Assembly (NCBI GenBank): GCA_964609585.1
Contig: CAZSRA010000004.1
Coordinates: 27,417 to 91,416 of the forward strand
Reading direction: 5' to 3'
Source of the DNA: an uncultured Candidatus Saccharimonadales bacterium
Lineage (GTDB): Bacteria; Patescibacteriota; Saccharimonadia; UBA4664
Length of the DNA: 64,000 nucleotides
The stretch's first letter is position 1; each line of letters starts with the position of its first letter. Under the pieces are notes generated by a model. The model made no database searches and was not told where the DNA came from. It was given only the letters and a program-made list of their open reading frames with translations. Position numbers and translations under genes: made by a program. This document shows positions 28,249 through 37,749 of this stretch, in pieces.

Positions 28249-28998
28249 TTAAGCGTACTGCTCGATGATGGCAGCGAGGCCGTCTTCATTTACGGGTAGG
28301 GCTATGACGTCTGCGACAGCTTTGAGGCCCGGCGTAGCATTGCCCATAGCTACTTTTAAACCGACGGAATTGAAGAGGTGGATATCGTTGTCGCCGTCGC
28401 CTACACCGATGGCCTGATCGGGATGAATCTTGAGCGCGCTTAGGACTTTGGCCACAGCCTGCTCTTTGGTGGCATTGCGATGAGTGATGAGCATGGCAAA
28501 GTTTTCGCCAGACCAGTCGGGGGCTAGACTGGCGGCGACATCTGGGATGGTTTCGAAAGTTTGCTTCAAGGCGATTGCAGTGGCGGCCGGAACTTGGCCA
28601 ACGAAAATAATGCCAACATGTTTTGTCCGATGGATGCGAGCGGTGATGTCGGAGACATGGACGGGGTCATCGTCGAGCGTAATTTTATAGGGATGAGTCT
28701 CAAGGATAGCTAAAATGGCTGTAACTGCGGTGGGTGCGAGGTAAGTGCGATGGATAATGTTGCCACTGGTAGGATCAATAATGACAGTGCCGCCGGAGAT
28801 AACGCAGAGATTGGTTATTTGGAGCGCCTTGATGATGGGCAGGGCGTAGCTTGGGGTGCGGCCAGTGGCGGCAAACATTTGAATGCGGTTTTGGTATTTG
28901 GTGATAGTGTCGACGAGGCGGCGGGATGGGAAGCCGTCCCAAGAGTTTGGAATGGCAGTGCCATCGAGGTCGAAGACTATGGCTTTATAACTAGACAT
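28249..28998 (-). CDS. Cof-type HAD-IIB family hydrolase
   Basis: FDLDGT motif, GDGDND motif. Confidence 0.8.
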   Translation of the reverse strand: MSSYKAIVFDLDGTAIPNSWDGFPSRRLVDTITKYQNRIQMFAATGRTPSYALPIIKALQITNLCVISGGTVIIDPTSGNIIHRTYLAPTAVTAILAILETHPYKITLDDDPVHVSDITARIHRTKHVGIIFVGQVPAATAIALKQTFETIPDVAASLAPDWSGENFAMLITHRNATKEQAVAKVLSALKIHPDQAIGVGDGDNDIHLFNSVGLKVAMGNATPGLKAVADVIALPVNEDGLAAIIEQYA

Positions 28999-30064
28999 TG
29001 AACCGAAACTCTACGACATCGCCATCTTGCATAATGTAGTCTTTGCCCTCGAGGCGGGCTTTGCCGGCAGCTCGAGCAGCGGGTAGTGAGCCGGTGGCTA
29101 TGAGGTCGGGGTAGCTGACGATCTCCGCCTTAATGAAGCCTTTTTGGAAATCGGTGTGGATGATACCAGCGGCTTCGGGGGCGGTGGCACCTTGGGGGAT
29201 AGTCCAGGCTCGAACTTCTTTAGGGCCGGCGGTGAGGTAGGTTTGGAGGCCAAGGGTTTCAAAGCCGGTACGTGCTAGCTGGGAAAGGCCAGATTCAGCA
29301 GCGCCGAGGTCTTTAAGGAGCTCGGATGCTTCTTCATCCGGCAAGTCGATGAGCTCCGATTCTATTTGTGCGCACAAGAAGATTGCGCGGGCTGGGCTTA
29401 CGATTGAGAGCAGTTCTTGTTGAATACTTTTATTGTTCAAATCTTGTTCATTTATATTGAACACATAAATAAATGGCTTGGCAGAGAGTAATTGTAGATC
29501 CTGCAAAAGAGTCAGATCTATTTTTGATCCATACAAAACTTGTCCAGAATCGAGAATTTGGCGAGCTTTGGTGGTAGCTTCGAGGGCTGCAGCGAAGGTT
29601 TTGGGATCGCGTTTGGCGTCGCTTTCGAGACGTTTGAGACGAGCATCAATGGTGGCGAGATCAGCCAGGATTAACTCGGTGTTGATGGTTTCGATGTCGC
29701 GTTTGGGGTCGGTGGTGTCGTCCACGTGGAGTACATTGGGATCGGAAAAAGCGCGAACGACTTGCACAATGGCGCTGCATTCGCGGATGTGGCTGAGGAA
29801 TTTATTGCCCATGCCCTGACCAACACTTGCACCCCGGACGATGCCGGCAATGTCGACGAAGGTGACGGGAGCGGGGACGATTTTTTCGGTTTGGTAGAGC
29901 TTGGCGAGCTCGTTTAGGCGTGGATCAGGAAGGGCCACGATACCAACATTGGGTTCGATGGTGGCGAAGGGGTAGTTTGCGGCTAGAACGTTATTTTTGG
30001 TGAGGGCGTTGAAGAGGGTAGATTTGCCGACGTTGGGGAGGCCGACGATACCGAGGGATAGCAT
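28991..30064 (-). CDS. ychF: redox-regulated ATPase YchF (Obg family)
   Basis: GLPNVGKST G1 motif, TGS-like C-terminus. Confidence 0.9.
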   Translation of the reverse strand: MLSLGIVGLPNVGKSTLFNALTKNNVLAANYPFATIEPNVGIVALPDPRLNELAKLYQTEKIVPAPVTFVDIAGIVRGASVGQGMGNKFLSHIRECSAIVQVVRAFSDPNVLHVDDTTDPKRDIETINTELILADLATIDARLKRLESDAKRDPKTFAAALEATTKARQILDSGQVLYGSKIDLTLLQDLQLLSAKPFIYVFNINEQDLNNKSIQQELLSIVSPARAIFLCAQIESELIDLPDEEASELLKDLGAAESGLSQLARTGFETLGLQTYLTAGPKEVRAWTIPQGATAPEAAGIIHTDFQKGFIKAEIVSYPDLIATGSLPAARAAGKARLEGKDYIMQDGDVVEFRFNV

Positions 30065-30122
30065 GTAAGATACCTATTCATTTTTGAACTTAAGATAGAC
30101 ATTATCTCATAATGAAGTCGTG

Positions 30123-30151
30123 AGTGACAAATGTTGGCTTATATAGCATAA
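30123..30151 (+). promoter_or_regulatory. predicted promoter GTGACA-N17-CATAAT upstream of 30203 gene
   Basis: read directly; SD GGAAGGTGA before ATG. Confidence 0.4.
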
Positions 30152-30202
30152 TATGCCGGCACCTACAAAATACCCAACAATCTTTCTGCAACTTCTCGGA
30201 AG

Positions 30203-31114
30203 GTGATGATTATGGAAGAGGGACAACTTCTCGAACTTCCCGTGCTGCCGGCCTTTGGGCTGCCGATGAATGTGAGCCTCGTTGCTAGATTCGGCGGACA
30301 CGCAAGTGCCCTCGATTTCGGTACGCCGGAGGAGGGGGCGACTCTGTTGCGCGAGACTGACCTGCTTGCGCCTGAAGCTCCCGGCTGGGATAGGTGGCTG
30401 TTGACCAACTACAACAAGGTGGCTCATGGTGACCTCGGGACCTACCGAAAGCTGGTTGCTGAGGCGGAACACAGTCCAGTAGGGGATTACGTTAGGGCAA
30501 TGATCGAAGGTCTGTTCTGGCACGGGCATGGTCTGAAGGTGATCCTGCTGGACGTCCCGGAGTCGTCGCTCTCGCGATCGGTTCTGCGCGCCGTGATGCG
30601 CCAGGGCGAGGTTCAGTCGAAGCGGCTACCCTTTGACCGGGCCGTGGAAAGTTTTCATGGTCTTTTGGTCGAGGCGATGCTTGTGAACATCCAGCGTGAA
30701 CATTATGTGCTGGTGAATCTCGCTCCGACGATCGAAGGAGCTATCGCGAACACGCCGAGACTGCGCGGACGGACGCCGGTACGAGTGCTCATACTGATGG
30801 GCGCTTACCATCAGGCCATGGGGCAAGAGATCAAATCGTGTCAGCGTGAGCTGGGTGTTGCTGGGTTCAGTTATACCGAATACGTCCAGCCTGGATTTGA
30901 GGGCTTGAGTATGACGAAATTCGGCAATGTGTGTCGCAGTGGAGTGGTGCCGAGTAGGGAACTGGCCGCCAGAGTGTTCGCTCATAATCTCGTGAGCGCC
31001 CGGCATTCCTTCTCGGACATCGAGCATAGCGGCGCCCAGAGCGCACACGTGCAGGCGATCGTCGACAGCATGTCGATGGCCGACATCCGGAATCTGTACA
31101 ACGAATCTCGGTGA
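30203..31114 (+). CDS. hypothetical protein (303 aa), compositionally atypical (about 59% GC, many C-ending codons on + strand)
   Basis: long ORF with SD; no family recognised. Confidence 0.5.
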   Translation: MMIMEEGQLLELPVLPAFGLPMNVSLVARFGGHASALDFGTPEEGATLLRETDLLAPEAPGWDRWLLTNYNKVAHGDLGTYRKLVAEAEHSPVGDYVRAMIEGLFWHGHGLKVILLDVPESSLSRSVLRAVMRQGEVQSKRLPFDRAVESFHGLLVEAMLVNIQREHYVLVNLAPTIEGAIANTPRLRGRTPVRVLILMGAYHQAMGQEIKSCQRELGVAGFSYTEYVQPGFEGLSMTKFGNVCRSGVVPSRELAARVFAHNLVSARHSFSDIEHSGAQSAHVQAIVDSMSMADIRNLYNESR

Positions 31115-31129
31115 GGAGTGTAGTGTGAA

Positions 31130-31177
31130 GGGGTCGCGGCGGACGAAGTCTGCTGCGACCCCGTTTCGTTTCTTGTG
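31130..31177 (+). terminator. rho-independent terminator (GGGGTCGC...GCGACCCC stem + T-rich)
   Basis: ggggtcgcggcggacgaagtctgctgcgacccc gtttcgtttctt. Confidence 0.6.
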
Positions 31178-31220
31178 CGTAAACCATAAGTGCGTTACTC
31201 TAGCATATAGATATATGTAG

Positions 31221-31736
31221 GTGTATGTGCCACAGGTAGACATAAAAAATAAGCGCTCTAAGAAGCCAATATTCGTGGGAGTGGGAGCTCTCGGCATTGT
31301 TGTGATTATCGTTGGCGGGGTGTTGTGGTATGTGGGCCATCCTGCGGTTACGACTCAGACTGTATTGACACAGGCGGCGGACAAAGAGTTTTCCGGTGAC
31401 GGAAAAGGTGCGATTGCGCAATTGGAGCAACAGTTGAGTCATGCGAAAACCAATGAAGACAAGGTGAATATCTACTTGGCTATTGGAGTCGCCTACGAAA
31501 ATGAGCATGATAGTAAATCGGCGCTGGCGGCATATCAGAAGGCGGGGGCGATTAGCGCAAGCTATGGGACAAACGATTCTATAGCCAGGGCAGCTGCGGA
31601 AACGGGTGATAAGCCAATGGCAATTGATTACTATAAGCGCAATCTTGCCTTGATAAACGAGGGTAAAGCCAAAGAGAGTAGCGGTGATGCTCCGACGATT
31701 GAGCAAGCGATTAAAGACCTGGGGGGTACCCCATGA
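31221..31736 (+). CDS. N-terminally membrane-anchored small protein with TPR-like helical C-terminus (171 aa); partner of secreted protein A
   Basis: N-terminus PQVDIKNKRSKKPIFVGVGALGIVVIIVGGVLW homologous to N-terminus of 33778 ORF; ATGA overlap with next gene. Confidence 0.5.
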   Translation: MYVPQVDIKNKRSKKPIFVGVGALGIVVIIVGGVLWYVGHPAVTTQTVLTQAADKEFSGDGKGAIAQLEQQLSHAKTNEDKVNIYLAIGVAYENEHDSKSALAAYQKAGAISASYGTNDSIARAAAETGDKPMAIDYYKRNLALINEGKAKESSGDAPTIEQAIKDLGGTP

Positions 31737-33667
31737 GGAGTCGTCTTGTAGTCGTAGCTGCGGTGGTGTTGTTTGCTATCGGGGTGGTAATCCCGGCCGG
31801 ATCTGCGGAAGCGGCGCCGTTTGCTCGAGCTGCAAATCACGGCTTTTTTACCAATCGATGTGATAACGGAGGCGGATCGGTCATAACGAGCGGTGTTCAC
31901 CCGACGGCCGCACCGTTGTACAACGGTAAGCCCTTCACTGCTAGCTTTATATCGCAGGTGCTTGGTTATCTGAGTGGTAGTGGTGGGAATAAGACGGGTG
32001 CTGAATTCCTGATTCTAACCATGCTCGGATATCCGGCTGGAACACCCAAGGCGACGGCGACCTTTGGGTTTGTTCAAACGAACTGGGTGAATTTGGTACA
32101 TGGTTATAGCGATAGAGGATGGATTCAGTGGAACGTCGCCTATAGTTTTACGTCTGATACATATTACCAAGGCGTGTATTCGTCGGTGGGTGGAATTTGT
32201 GACGGCATTGCTGGGTTCCCGGATGACGATGCTTGGTATTCACATTCGGCGACGGCTAATCCGGCGATTGTTTTTCACCAACCTGGGACAACTAGCTTCT
32301 ATGCCATACAGGAGTCGTGTGCAAATCCGCTCGGTGACTTTAATTTGCCGCCGTTGCCGATTCCAACGCCTGTTCCAAACTATAATGTGACTTTGTCGGC
32401 GGATACGAATGGTTCACCCTCCACGGTGGTGGCGGGGCAAAGCTATCGTATAGGCGTGGCAGTGAGCAATAGTGGGCCGGCGGCTTCGACCGTGGGCGAC
32501 ATTGAAGTGATGATGCCAGCAGCAGGCGTGGTGCAAGCTTGTGGGCCAACCTGTAATGACCCGGGCCAGAATGTGCTACTTTATGGTCCGACGGGCCCGG
32601 GAGGGCACAGTTACCGGGCGGCATCGACGATCCCGGGGACGGTCGGGCGCAACTGGGATTGGTCGGTGAATCCGCTGGGAGCAGGGGCGGGTGCCGGTAG
32701 TGTATTGAACTGGACGGTGGCACCGGGGACGCCAGTGGGGACGGTAATTACGTTTGATGTGTATTACTATAAGCAGAATTTGGCTGGCGGGGTGCAGCAT
32801 GTGACGGTAAGCTTCCGCGTGGTGTCGCAACGGACTCCGAGTATATCGGCTGCAAATAGCGACGTTCATGCAGGCGGTGGGCTGTGCGGGCAAGCATTGT
32901 CTGGCGGTAACGTGACGACGAGTCCGGGCGGAGCCTCATATGGCCAGTATGTAGTGTCGGCAACGGGCTCGATTAACAGTTTGTTTTCGAATAACGCCAG
33001 CAGTGGGGTCACGGATACGTTGAAGCTAGGCAATTTTGGCAGCTATGCTCAGGTATGTCGAGCGGATTTGTGGACGGCGGCTAAGGCGGGATGGCCGAGT
33101 GGGCCCGGTATTCATACCATTGGCGGATTGGGTGTCGCGTCGTTTGTGCTGGCGGGTAATGAAGGTGGGGTTTATTACTTCAACGGCACACACTTGAACC
33201 TGCACGGGGCGGTGGGTAATCCGATAGCTCCGGGCGTGCCGCCAGCTCCGGTGACGATTGTGACGCTCCAGCCGGGTGCAGTTGTCGAGATTGACGGCAA
33301 TATTACACTCAATAATACGGTGTATCCGCCGCACAGCGCGCCGTCGCTTGGGATTATTTCGGCGGGAGACATTTTGATTGATCCGGCGGTGACGCATGTG
33401 GATGCGTATTTGTTTTCTTCGGCAGGGACGATTGATACTTGTAACCCGATTGGGTCCTGTTCTACGCCCCAGTTGGTCGTGAACGGGTTTTTGATGGCCA
33501 AGAACATTTTGTTTAGTCGGGCGGGGGTCGTGAATACGAACGGCAATGCGGTGTCGGAAGCGATTAATCTGACGCCTCAAATTTACCTCAATCCGCCTAA
33601 ATATTTTGACGCGAGTGTGGATGATGTATTGCTCCAGGGGCAGGGTGAGCGAGCGCCTTTGTTCTGA
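31733..33667 (+). CDS. large secreted protein A (644 aa): signal peptide, variable N-terminal region (DUF11/Ig-like stretch), conserved ~270-aa C-terminal domain shared with 34208 ORF
   Basis: signal peptide MRSRLVVVAAVVLFAIGVVIPAGSAEA; C-terminal identity with paralog. Confidence 0.6.
   Translation: MRSRLVVVAAVVLFAIGVVIPAGSAEAAPFARAANHGFFTNRCDNGGGSVITSGVHPTAAPLYNGKPFTASFISQVLGYLSGSGGNKTGAEFLILTMLGYPAGTPKATATFGFVQTNWVNLVHGYSDRGWIQWNVAYSFTSDTYYQGVYSSVGGICDGIAGFPDDDAWYSHSATANPAIVFHQPGTTSFYAIQESCANPLGDFNLPPLPIPTPVPNYNVTLSADTNGSPSTVVAGQSYRIGVAVSNSGPAASTVGDIEVMMPAAGVVQACGPTCNDPGQNVLLYGPTGPGGHSYRAASTIPGTVGRNWDWSVNPLGAGAGAGSVLNWTVAPGTPVGTVITFDVYYYKQNLAGGVQHVTVSFRVVSQRTPSISAANSDVHAGGGLCGQALSGGNVTTSPGGASYGQYVVSATGSINSLFSNNASSGVTDTLKLGNFGSYAQVCRADLWTAAKAGWPSGPGIHTIGGLGVASFVLAGNEGGVYYFNGTHLNLHGAVGNPIAPGVPPAPVTIVTLQPGAVVEIDGNITLNNTVYPPHSAPSLGIISAGDILIDPAVTHVDAYLFSSAGTIDTCNPIGSCSTPQLVVNGFLMAKNILFSRAGVVNTNGNAVSEAINLTPQIYLNPPKYFDASVDDVLLQGQGERAPLF
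32858..33667 (+). repeat. ~0.8-kb segment duplicated at 35237..36064 (C-terminal domains of the two large secreted paralogs, high nucleotide identity)
   Basis: e.g. agcgacgttcatgcaggcggtgggctgtgcgggcaagcattgtctggcggtaacgtgacgacgagtccg vs agcgacattcatgcaggtggcgggctgtgcgggcaggcattgtctggcggtaatgtgacaacgagtccg. Confidence 0.85.
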
Positions 33668-33777
33668 TCGGTATGGGCTCCGAGGGGATGTGCAGCTGAA
33701 CTGAGAAGGGGGGTATAGAGGCTGCAAGGCCATAAAGGTTATGGTAAACTTACGTGAGTATAGTTTGTGAGTGTTAG

Positions 33778-34227
33778 ATGCCCCAAGTTGAAATAGTTCC
33801 TCATGGTTCGAAAAAGCCGGTGGCTACTATTGGAGCTGGTGTAGCTGGCGTGATTTTGGTGGCGATTGTGATAGCGGCAGTGATGTGGCTGAACCGGCCG
33901 AAGCCGAAGTCGACGCTACCGATAACTCGGGTAGTGACACCGAAGAACACCACTTATTACGCCGTAGTGAGTGCCGCAGATGTCGCAAAAGCTCACGAGA
34001 CTCTGGCGGCGGAGGGGACTGTGCAATCATTTGACGGGAAGACGATAGGGTTTTTAGCGAATGGTTCGAAGCAAACTTTGAAGCTTGTGGTCACGCCTTC
34101 TACTCGATACACAAAAGGTGCCAGTTATGCGCCGGCCCAGGCTAGCGGTTTGAAGGGTGGCTCGCGTGCTATTGTGACCTACAATTCGAGAACTAATGAA
34201 GTGATGAGTGTGGCTTATGATCTCTAG
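33778..34227 (+). CDS. N-terminally membrane-anchored small protein (149 aa); partner of secreted protein B
   Basis: PQVEIVPHGSKKPVATIGAGVAGVILVAIVIAAVMW similar to 31221 ORF N-terminus. Confidence 0.5.
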   Translation: MPQVEIVPHGSKKPVATIGAGVAGVILVAIVIAAVMWLNRPKPKSTLPITRVVTPKNTTYYAVVSAADVAKAHETLAAEGTVQSFDGKTIGFLANGSKQTLKLVVTPSTRYTKGASYAPAQASGLKGGSRAIVTYNSRTNEVMSVAYDL

Positions 34228-36064
34228 AAGGAGAACATGGCGACTTCGGCGGCCGATGACGATGGTGGTGGCGATAGCTGAGATCATATGGACGTTGGGA
34301 ATAGTGGTGCCGGCACAACCGGCATTTGCTGCGCAGGTGATTCAGAATTTGGCAACGAGCTCATCGCCTTCATTGCAGACACGATGGTATAGCTTGCGTG
34401 GATACGGCAGTATTCCGAAATGGGAACTGAACTGGCCGCAGCGAAGCGAGAATTGTCCATTTAACGGCAAGACCTATAAGACTTTGCCGTGGCAAGCTTA
34501 TGATCCGTTTAACTTATTTTTTAATGGCAACTACATGGATATCAGCAGTAACTGCGCTGATCGTTATACAGACGCGGGTACAGCGATTGGTGGGGGAGCC
34601 TGGATTTATCCAAGTGCACAAGGGGGCTGGGCAATGCCCGGGGGGCCACAATTTATAAATTGGCAGTCGGGGGCGTTTCCGGCTTTTTCGACGGTAATGA
34701 ATGGGTGTTTCAACGGTTCGCTGCCGGGCGGAAATGCAGCTGCGATTTGGGGAGCGGCTGGTCCTGATACGAGCGACCAGTTTTATGCGAGCGGCCCGAT
34801 TGGCACCATCCCCGGATTTGCTAATGGCTTATATTACGATAACTATCCTGGCGGTATACCTCAGGCTACAAAGCTGTTTTCAAATGGAGTAACGCTCGTA
34901 CGAGATAGCTTCAACTTGAACGCGACGGACATGATAAGGCTCAATCAGGGAAGCACCTCGTTGTTTATGCAAGCCTACGCGGATGACTGGTTGCAGGTTT
35001 ACCTTAACGGAGTTGCTGTGGGTGCATATACGACGACGACGGCGAGTAGAATGTCGCTTGATCTGACTGCGGTGAAGGGTTTGCTGGTGCCCGGGCAGAA
35101 TTGGATTGGGGTAATGGCTGCGGATAAGGCGGTGTTTGATGCGGCGGATCCGGGTGGTCGTGGGGCTGGGGTCTGCTACAACTTGCAGTACAAATACAGC
35201 GATGCCATTAGTAATCCGGGCTTACAGGGACTTAATAGCGACATTCATGCAGGTGGCGGGCTGTGCGGGCAGGCATTGTCTGGCGGTAATGTGACAACGA
35301 GTCCGAACAATCCGCCGAATCCTCCAGTGTCGTATGGGCAATATGTAGTGTCGGCAACGGGTTCGATTAATAATTTATTTTCGAATAATGCAAATAGTGG
35401 GGTGAATGACAAGTTAAAGGCGGGGAGCTCGGGAGGGTATGCGCAGGTGTGCCGAGCGGACTTATTGACGGCTGCTCGGGCAGGATGGCCGAGTGGGCCT
35501 GGGATTCATACCATTGGAGGTCTTGGAGCTGCATCTTTCAATCTGACAGGGACTGAGAGCGGGGTTTATTACTTTAATGGTACGCATTTGAACCTGCACG
35601 GGGCGGTGGGTAATCCGGTGGCTCCGGGTGTGCCGCCGAGCCCGGTGACGATTGTGACCTTGAATCCGGCGGCGGTGGTGGAGATCGATGGCAACATTAC
35701 GCTCAATAATACGGTGTATCCGCCGCATTCGGCGCCGTCGCTGGGGATTATTTCGGCATCGGATATTTTGATTGACCCGGCGGTGACGCATGTGGATGCT
35801 TATTTGTTTTCTTCGGCGGGGACGATTTATACGTGTAATGCAGCGCCGTCGGCTTGCTCGACGCCTTTACTAACGGTAAACGGGTTTTTGATGGCGAAAG
35901 ACCTTTCTTTTGGCCGGGTAGGGCCGTTTAACACTATGGGGTCGCCGATTACTGAGAGTATTGTGATGACGCCTCAAATCTACCTTAATCCGCCGAAGTA
36001 TTTTGATGTGAGTGTGGACGACGCTGTGTTGCAAGGGCAAGGTGAAAAACCCCCGCTATTTTAG
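34208..36064 (+). CDS. large secreted protein B (618 aa): signal peptide, distinct N-terminal region (PA14-like stretch AYADDWLQVYLNGVAVG), conserved C-terminal domain shared with protein A
   Basis: start uncertain (34208/34217/34256); overlaps preceding gene. Confidence 0.6.
   Translation: MWLMISRRRTWRLRRPMTMVVAIAEIIWTLGIVVPAQPAFAAQVIQNLATSSSPSLQTRWYSLRGYGSIPKWELNWPQRSENCPFNGKTYKTLPWQAYDPFNLFFNGNYMDISSNCADRYTDAGTAIGGGAWIYPSAQGGWAMPGGPQFINWQSGAFPAFSTVMNGCFNGSLPGGNAAAIWGAAGPDTSDQFYASGPIGTIPGFANGLYYDNYPGGIPQATKLFSNGVTLVRDSFNLNATDMIRLNQGSTSLFMQAYADDWLQVYLNGVAVGAYTTTTASRMSLDLTAVKGLLVPGQNWIGVMAADKAVFDAADPGGRGAGVCYNLQYKYSDAISNPGLQGLNSDIHAGGGLCGQALSGGNVTTSPNNPPNPPVSYGQYVVSATGSINNLFSNNANSGVNDKLKAGSSGGYAQVCRADLLTAARAGWPSGPGIHTIGGLGAASFNLTGTESGVYYFNGTHLNLHGAVGNPVAPGVPPSPVTIVTLNPAAVVEIDGNITLNNTVYPPHSAPSLGIISASDILIDPAVTHVDAYLFSSAGTIYTCNAAPSACSTPLLTVNGFLMAKDLSFGRVGPFNTMGSPITESIVMTPQIYLNPPKYFDVSVDDAVLQGQGEKPPLF
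35237..36064 (+). repeat. second copy of the ~0.8-kb duplicated C-terminal-domain segment
   Basis: see 32858..33667. Confidence 0.85.
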
Positions 36065-36121
36065 GGCGCGAGTATTTCGCGAGTATTTCGCTTACATAAT
36101 GGTTATGGTAGAATTTGGATC

Positions 36122-37162
36122 ATGGGACTTTTCGTAAAAGAAGCAGAATTTTTCGGACTAGACATTGGATCAACGGCGATTCGGCTGGTGCAGCTGCGAC
36201 GAGCAGGGGATCATCCGGCGCTGGTGGCTTATGGATCGGTGCCGGTGCCGTTAAATCTGACGTCGAGTGACTCGAAGCTGGATCAGGATAAGATCGTAGA
36301 GCTCGTGAAGCAAGTGGTGCATGAGAACCGGGTGGCTTTGAAGAATGTGGTAGTGGGGCTGTCGGCAAATAAGGTGTTTGCCACGGTCATAACGACACCG
36401 AAACTCGATAACGCCCAGCTTGCGAAGGCGATTCGATACCAGGCTGAGCAATATATTCCGATGGCGCTTGATCAGGTGAAGCTTGATTGGTCGGTGATAG
36501 ACCAGAGTAAAGATGGTAAGCAGCTCGAAGTGCTGCTTGTGGCGGCGCCAAATTCGGCGATTGACAAGTACGTGGGAATTTTGGAGAAGGCGGGACTTGA
36601 GCCGCTAGCCTTGGAGCCAAATGCAACGGCGGTGGCTAGGGCTTTGATTCCGGTGAACAACTTGGCGGTGGTGGTAGTGGATTTTGGATCGCTGGATTCG
36701 GATATCTCCATTGTATGGAACAACGGGCCACGGTTGATTCGTTCGGTGTCGGTGGGGAGTACTACGCTGGTGCGATCGGTGGCGCAGAATTTGGGACTCG
36801 ACGAGGTGCAGGCGAATCAATTTACCTTTAAATTTGGTCTGACGCAGTCGAAGCTTGAGGGCCAGGTGTTTAAGGCAATCAAGCCGACATTAGACAACTT
36901 GGTGTCGGAAGTGGATAAATCTACGAAGTACTTTTTGGGGCGATACCCAGACGTGAAACTGGAGAAGCTGGTGATAACGGGGGCGGCGTCGAGTTTGCCG
37001 GAGCTAGGTCCATTTTTGGCCAATTCAACGGGACTACCGGTAGAGTTTGGCAACGCATGGACCAACGTGTCGTATCCGTCGGCGCTGCAGGATAAACTGA
37101 TGGGACTTTCGGTGGAATATGCGGCGGCAGTCGGACTGGCCGGCCGGGGGTACATGGGATGA
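36122..37162 (+). CDS. pilM: type IV pilus assembly protein PilM (actin-like ATPase fold)
   Basis: 346-aa first gene of the PilM/N/O/B block; N-terminal FGLDIGSTAIRLVQL actin-fold ATPase motif typical of PilM/FtsA-like proteins. Confidence 0.85.
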   Translation: MGLFVKEAEFFGLDIGSTAIRLVQLRRAGDHPALVAYGSVPVPLNLTSSDSKLDQDKIVELVKQVVHENRVALKNVVVGLSANKVFATVITTPKLDNAQLAKAIRYQAEQYIPMALDQVKLDWSVIDQSKDGKQLEVLLVAAPNSAIDKYVGILEKAGLEPLALEPNATAVARALIPVNNLAVVVVDFGSLDSDISIVWNNGPRLIRSVSVGSTTLVRSVAQNLGLDEVQANQFTFKFGLTQSKLEGQVFKAIKPTLDNLVSEVDKSTKYFLGRYPDVKLEKLVITGAASSLPELGPFLANSTGLPVEFGNAWTNVSYPSALQDKLMGLSVEYAAAVGLAGRGYMG

Positions 37163-37749
37163 CAATGCTCATTAACCTTTTGCCGGATCTGCGTCAGGCT
37201 AAGCTAAAGGAGCGCCATCGTCGTCAATTGGTGACGGGCGTGTCGGTGACGGTGTGGATTGCCTGCGGAGCCATTGTGGCGCTGCTGTTTGTGTACATGG
37301 GCGGGCAAAAGGTGATTATTGCGACGACGACGAAGAGTGTGTCGGACAAAGAAGCGTCATTGCAGTCGATATCGGGTCTGGAGGATGCTTTAACGGCTAG
37401 CCAGCATTTGTCGAGCTTGTCGAGTTTGTATGCTAAACGCGTGTACATGAGTAAATTTTTTGATGTCTACATGCAGGCTAATCCCGCGACGGTAGCTCTG
37501 AGCTCGATGCAGATTGATTCATCGAATATCTTGACGATCCTCGGGACAGCTCCGAGCTATGCAGAGGTGGCAAAGCTAGCTCGTGCGCTCGAAGGGTCTA
37601 ACGTGACGGTGGGCGCGGGAGCGGCGGAGGCGAATGCGCCTTACTTTAGCAATGTAAGCATTCTGAGTCTTGATAACAGTGCTAAGACGGGCGTGAGTTT
37701 TACTATTAGCGCCACTTTGGCGGCAGGAGTAACCAGTGGCAGCAACTAA
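37159..37749 (+). CDS. pilN: type IV pilus assembly protein PilN
   Basis: N-terminal INLLP motif and TM helix; ATGA overlap with pilM. Confidence 0.7.
   Translation: MTMLINLLPDLRQAKLKERHRRQLVTGVSVTVWIACGAIVALLFVYMGGQKVIIATTTKSVSDKEASLQSISGLEDALTASQHLSSLSSLYAKRVYMSKFFDVYMQANPATVALSSMQIDSSNILTILGTAPSYAEVAKLARALEGSNVTVGAGAAEANAPYFSNVSILSLDNSAKTGVSFTISATLAAGVTSGSN

Noticed and set aside
28229-28254. Weak AT-rich hairpin between convergent acs and HAD genes as a terminator
   Set aside because: Stem is short and AT-rich and overlaps the HAD stop codon. Low confidence, so not listed as a feature.
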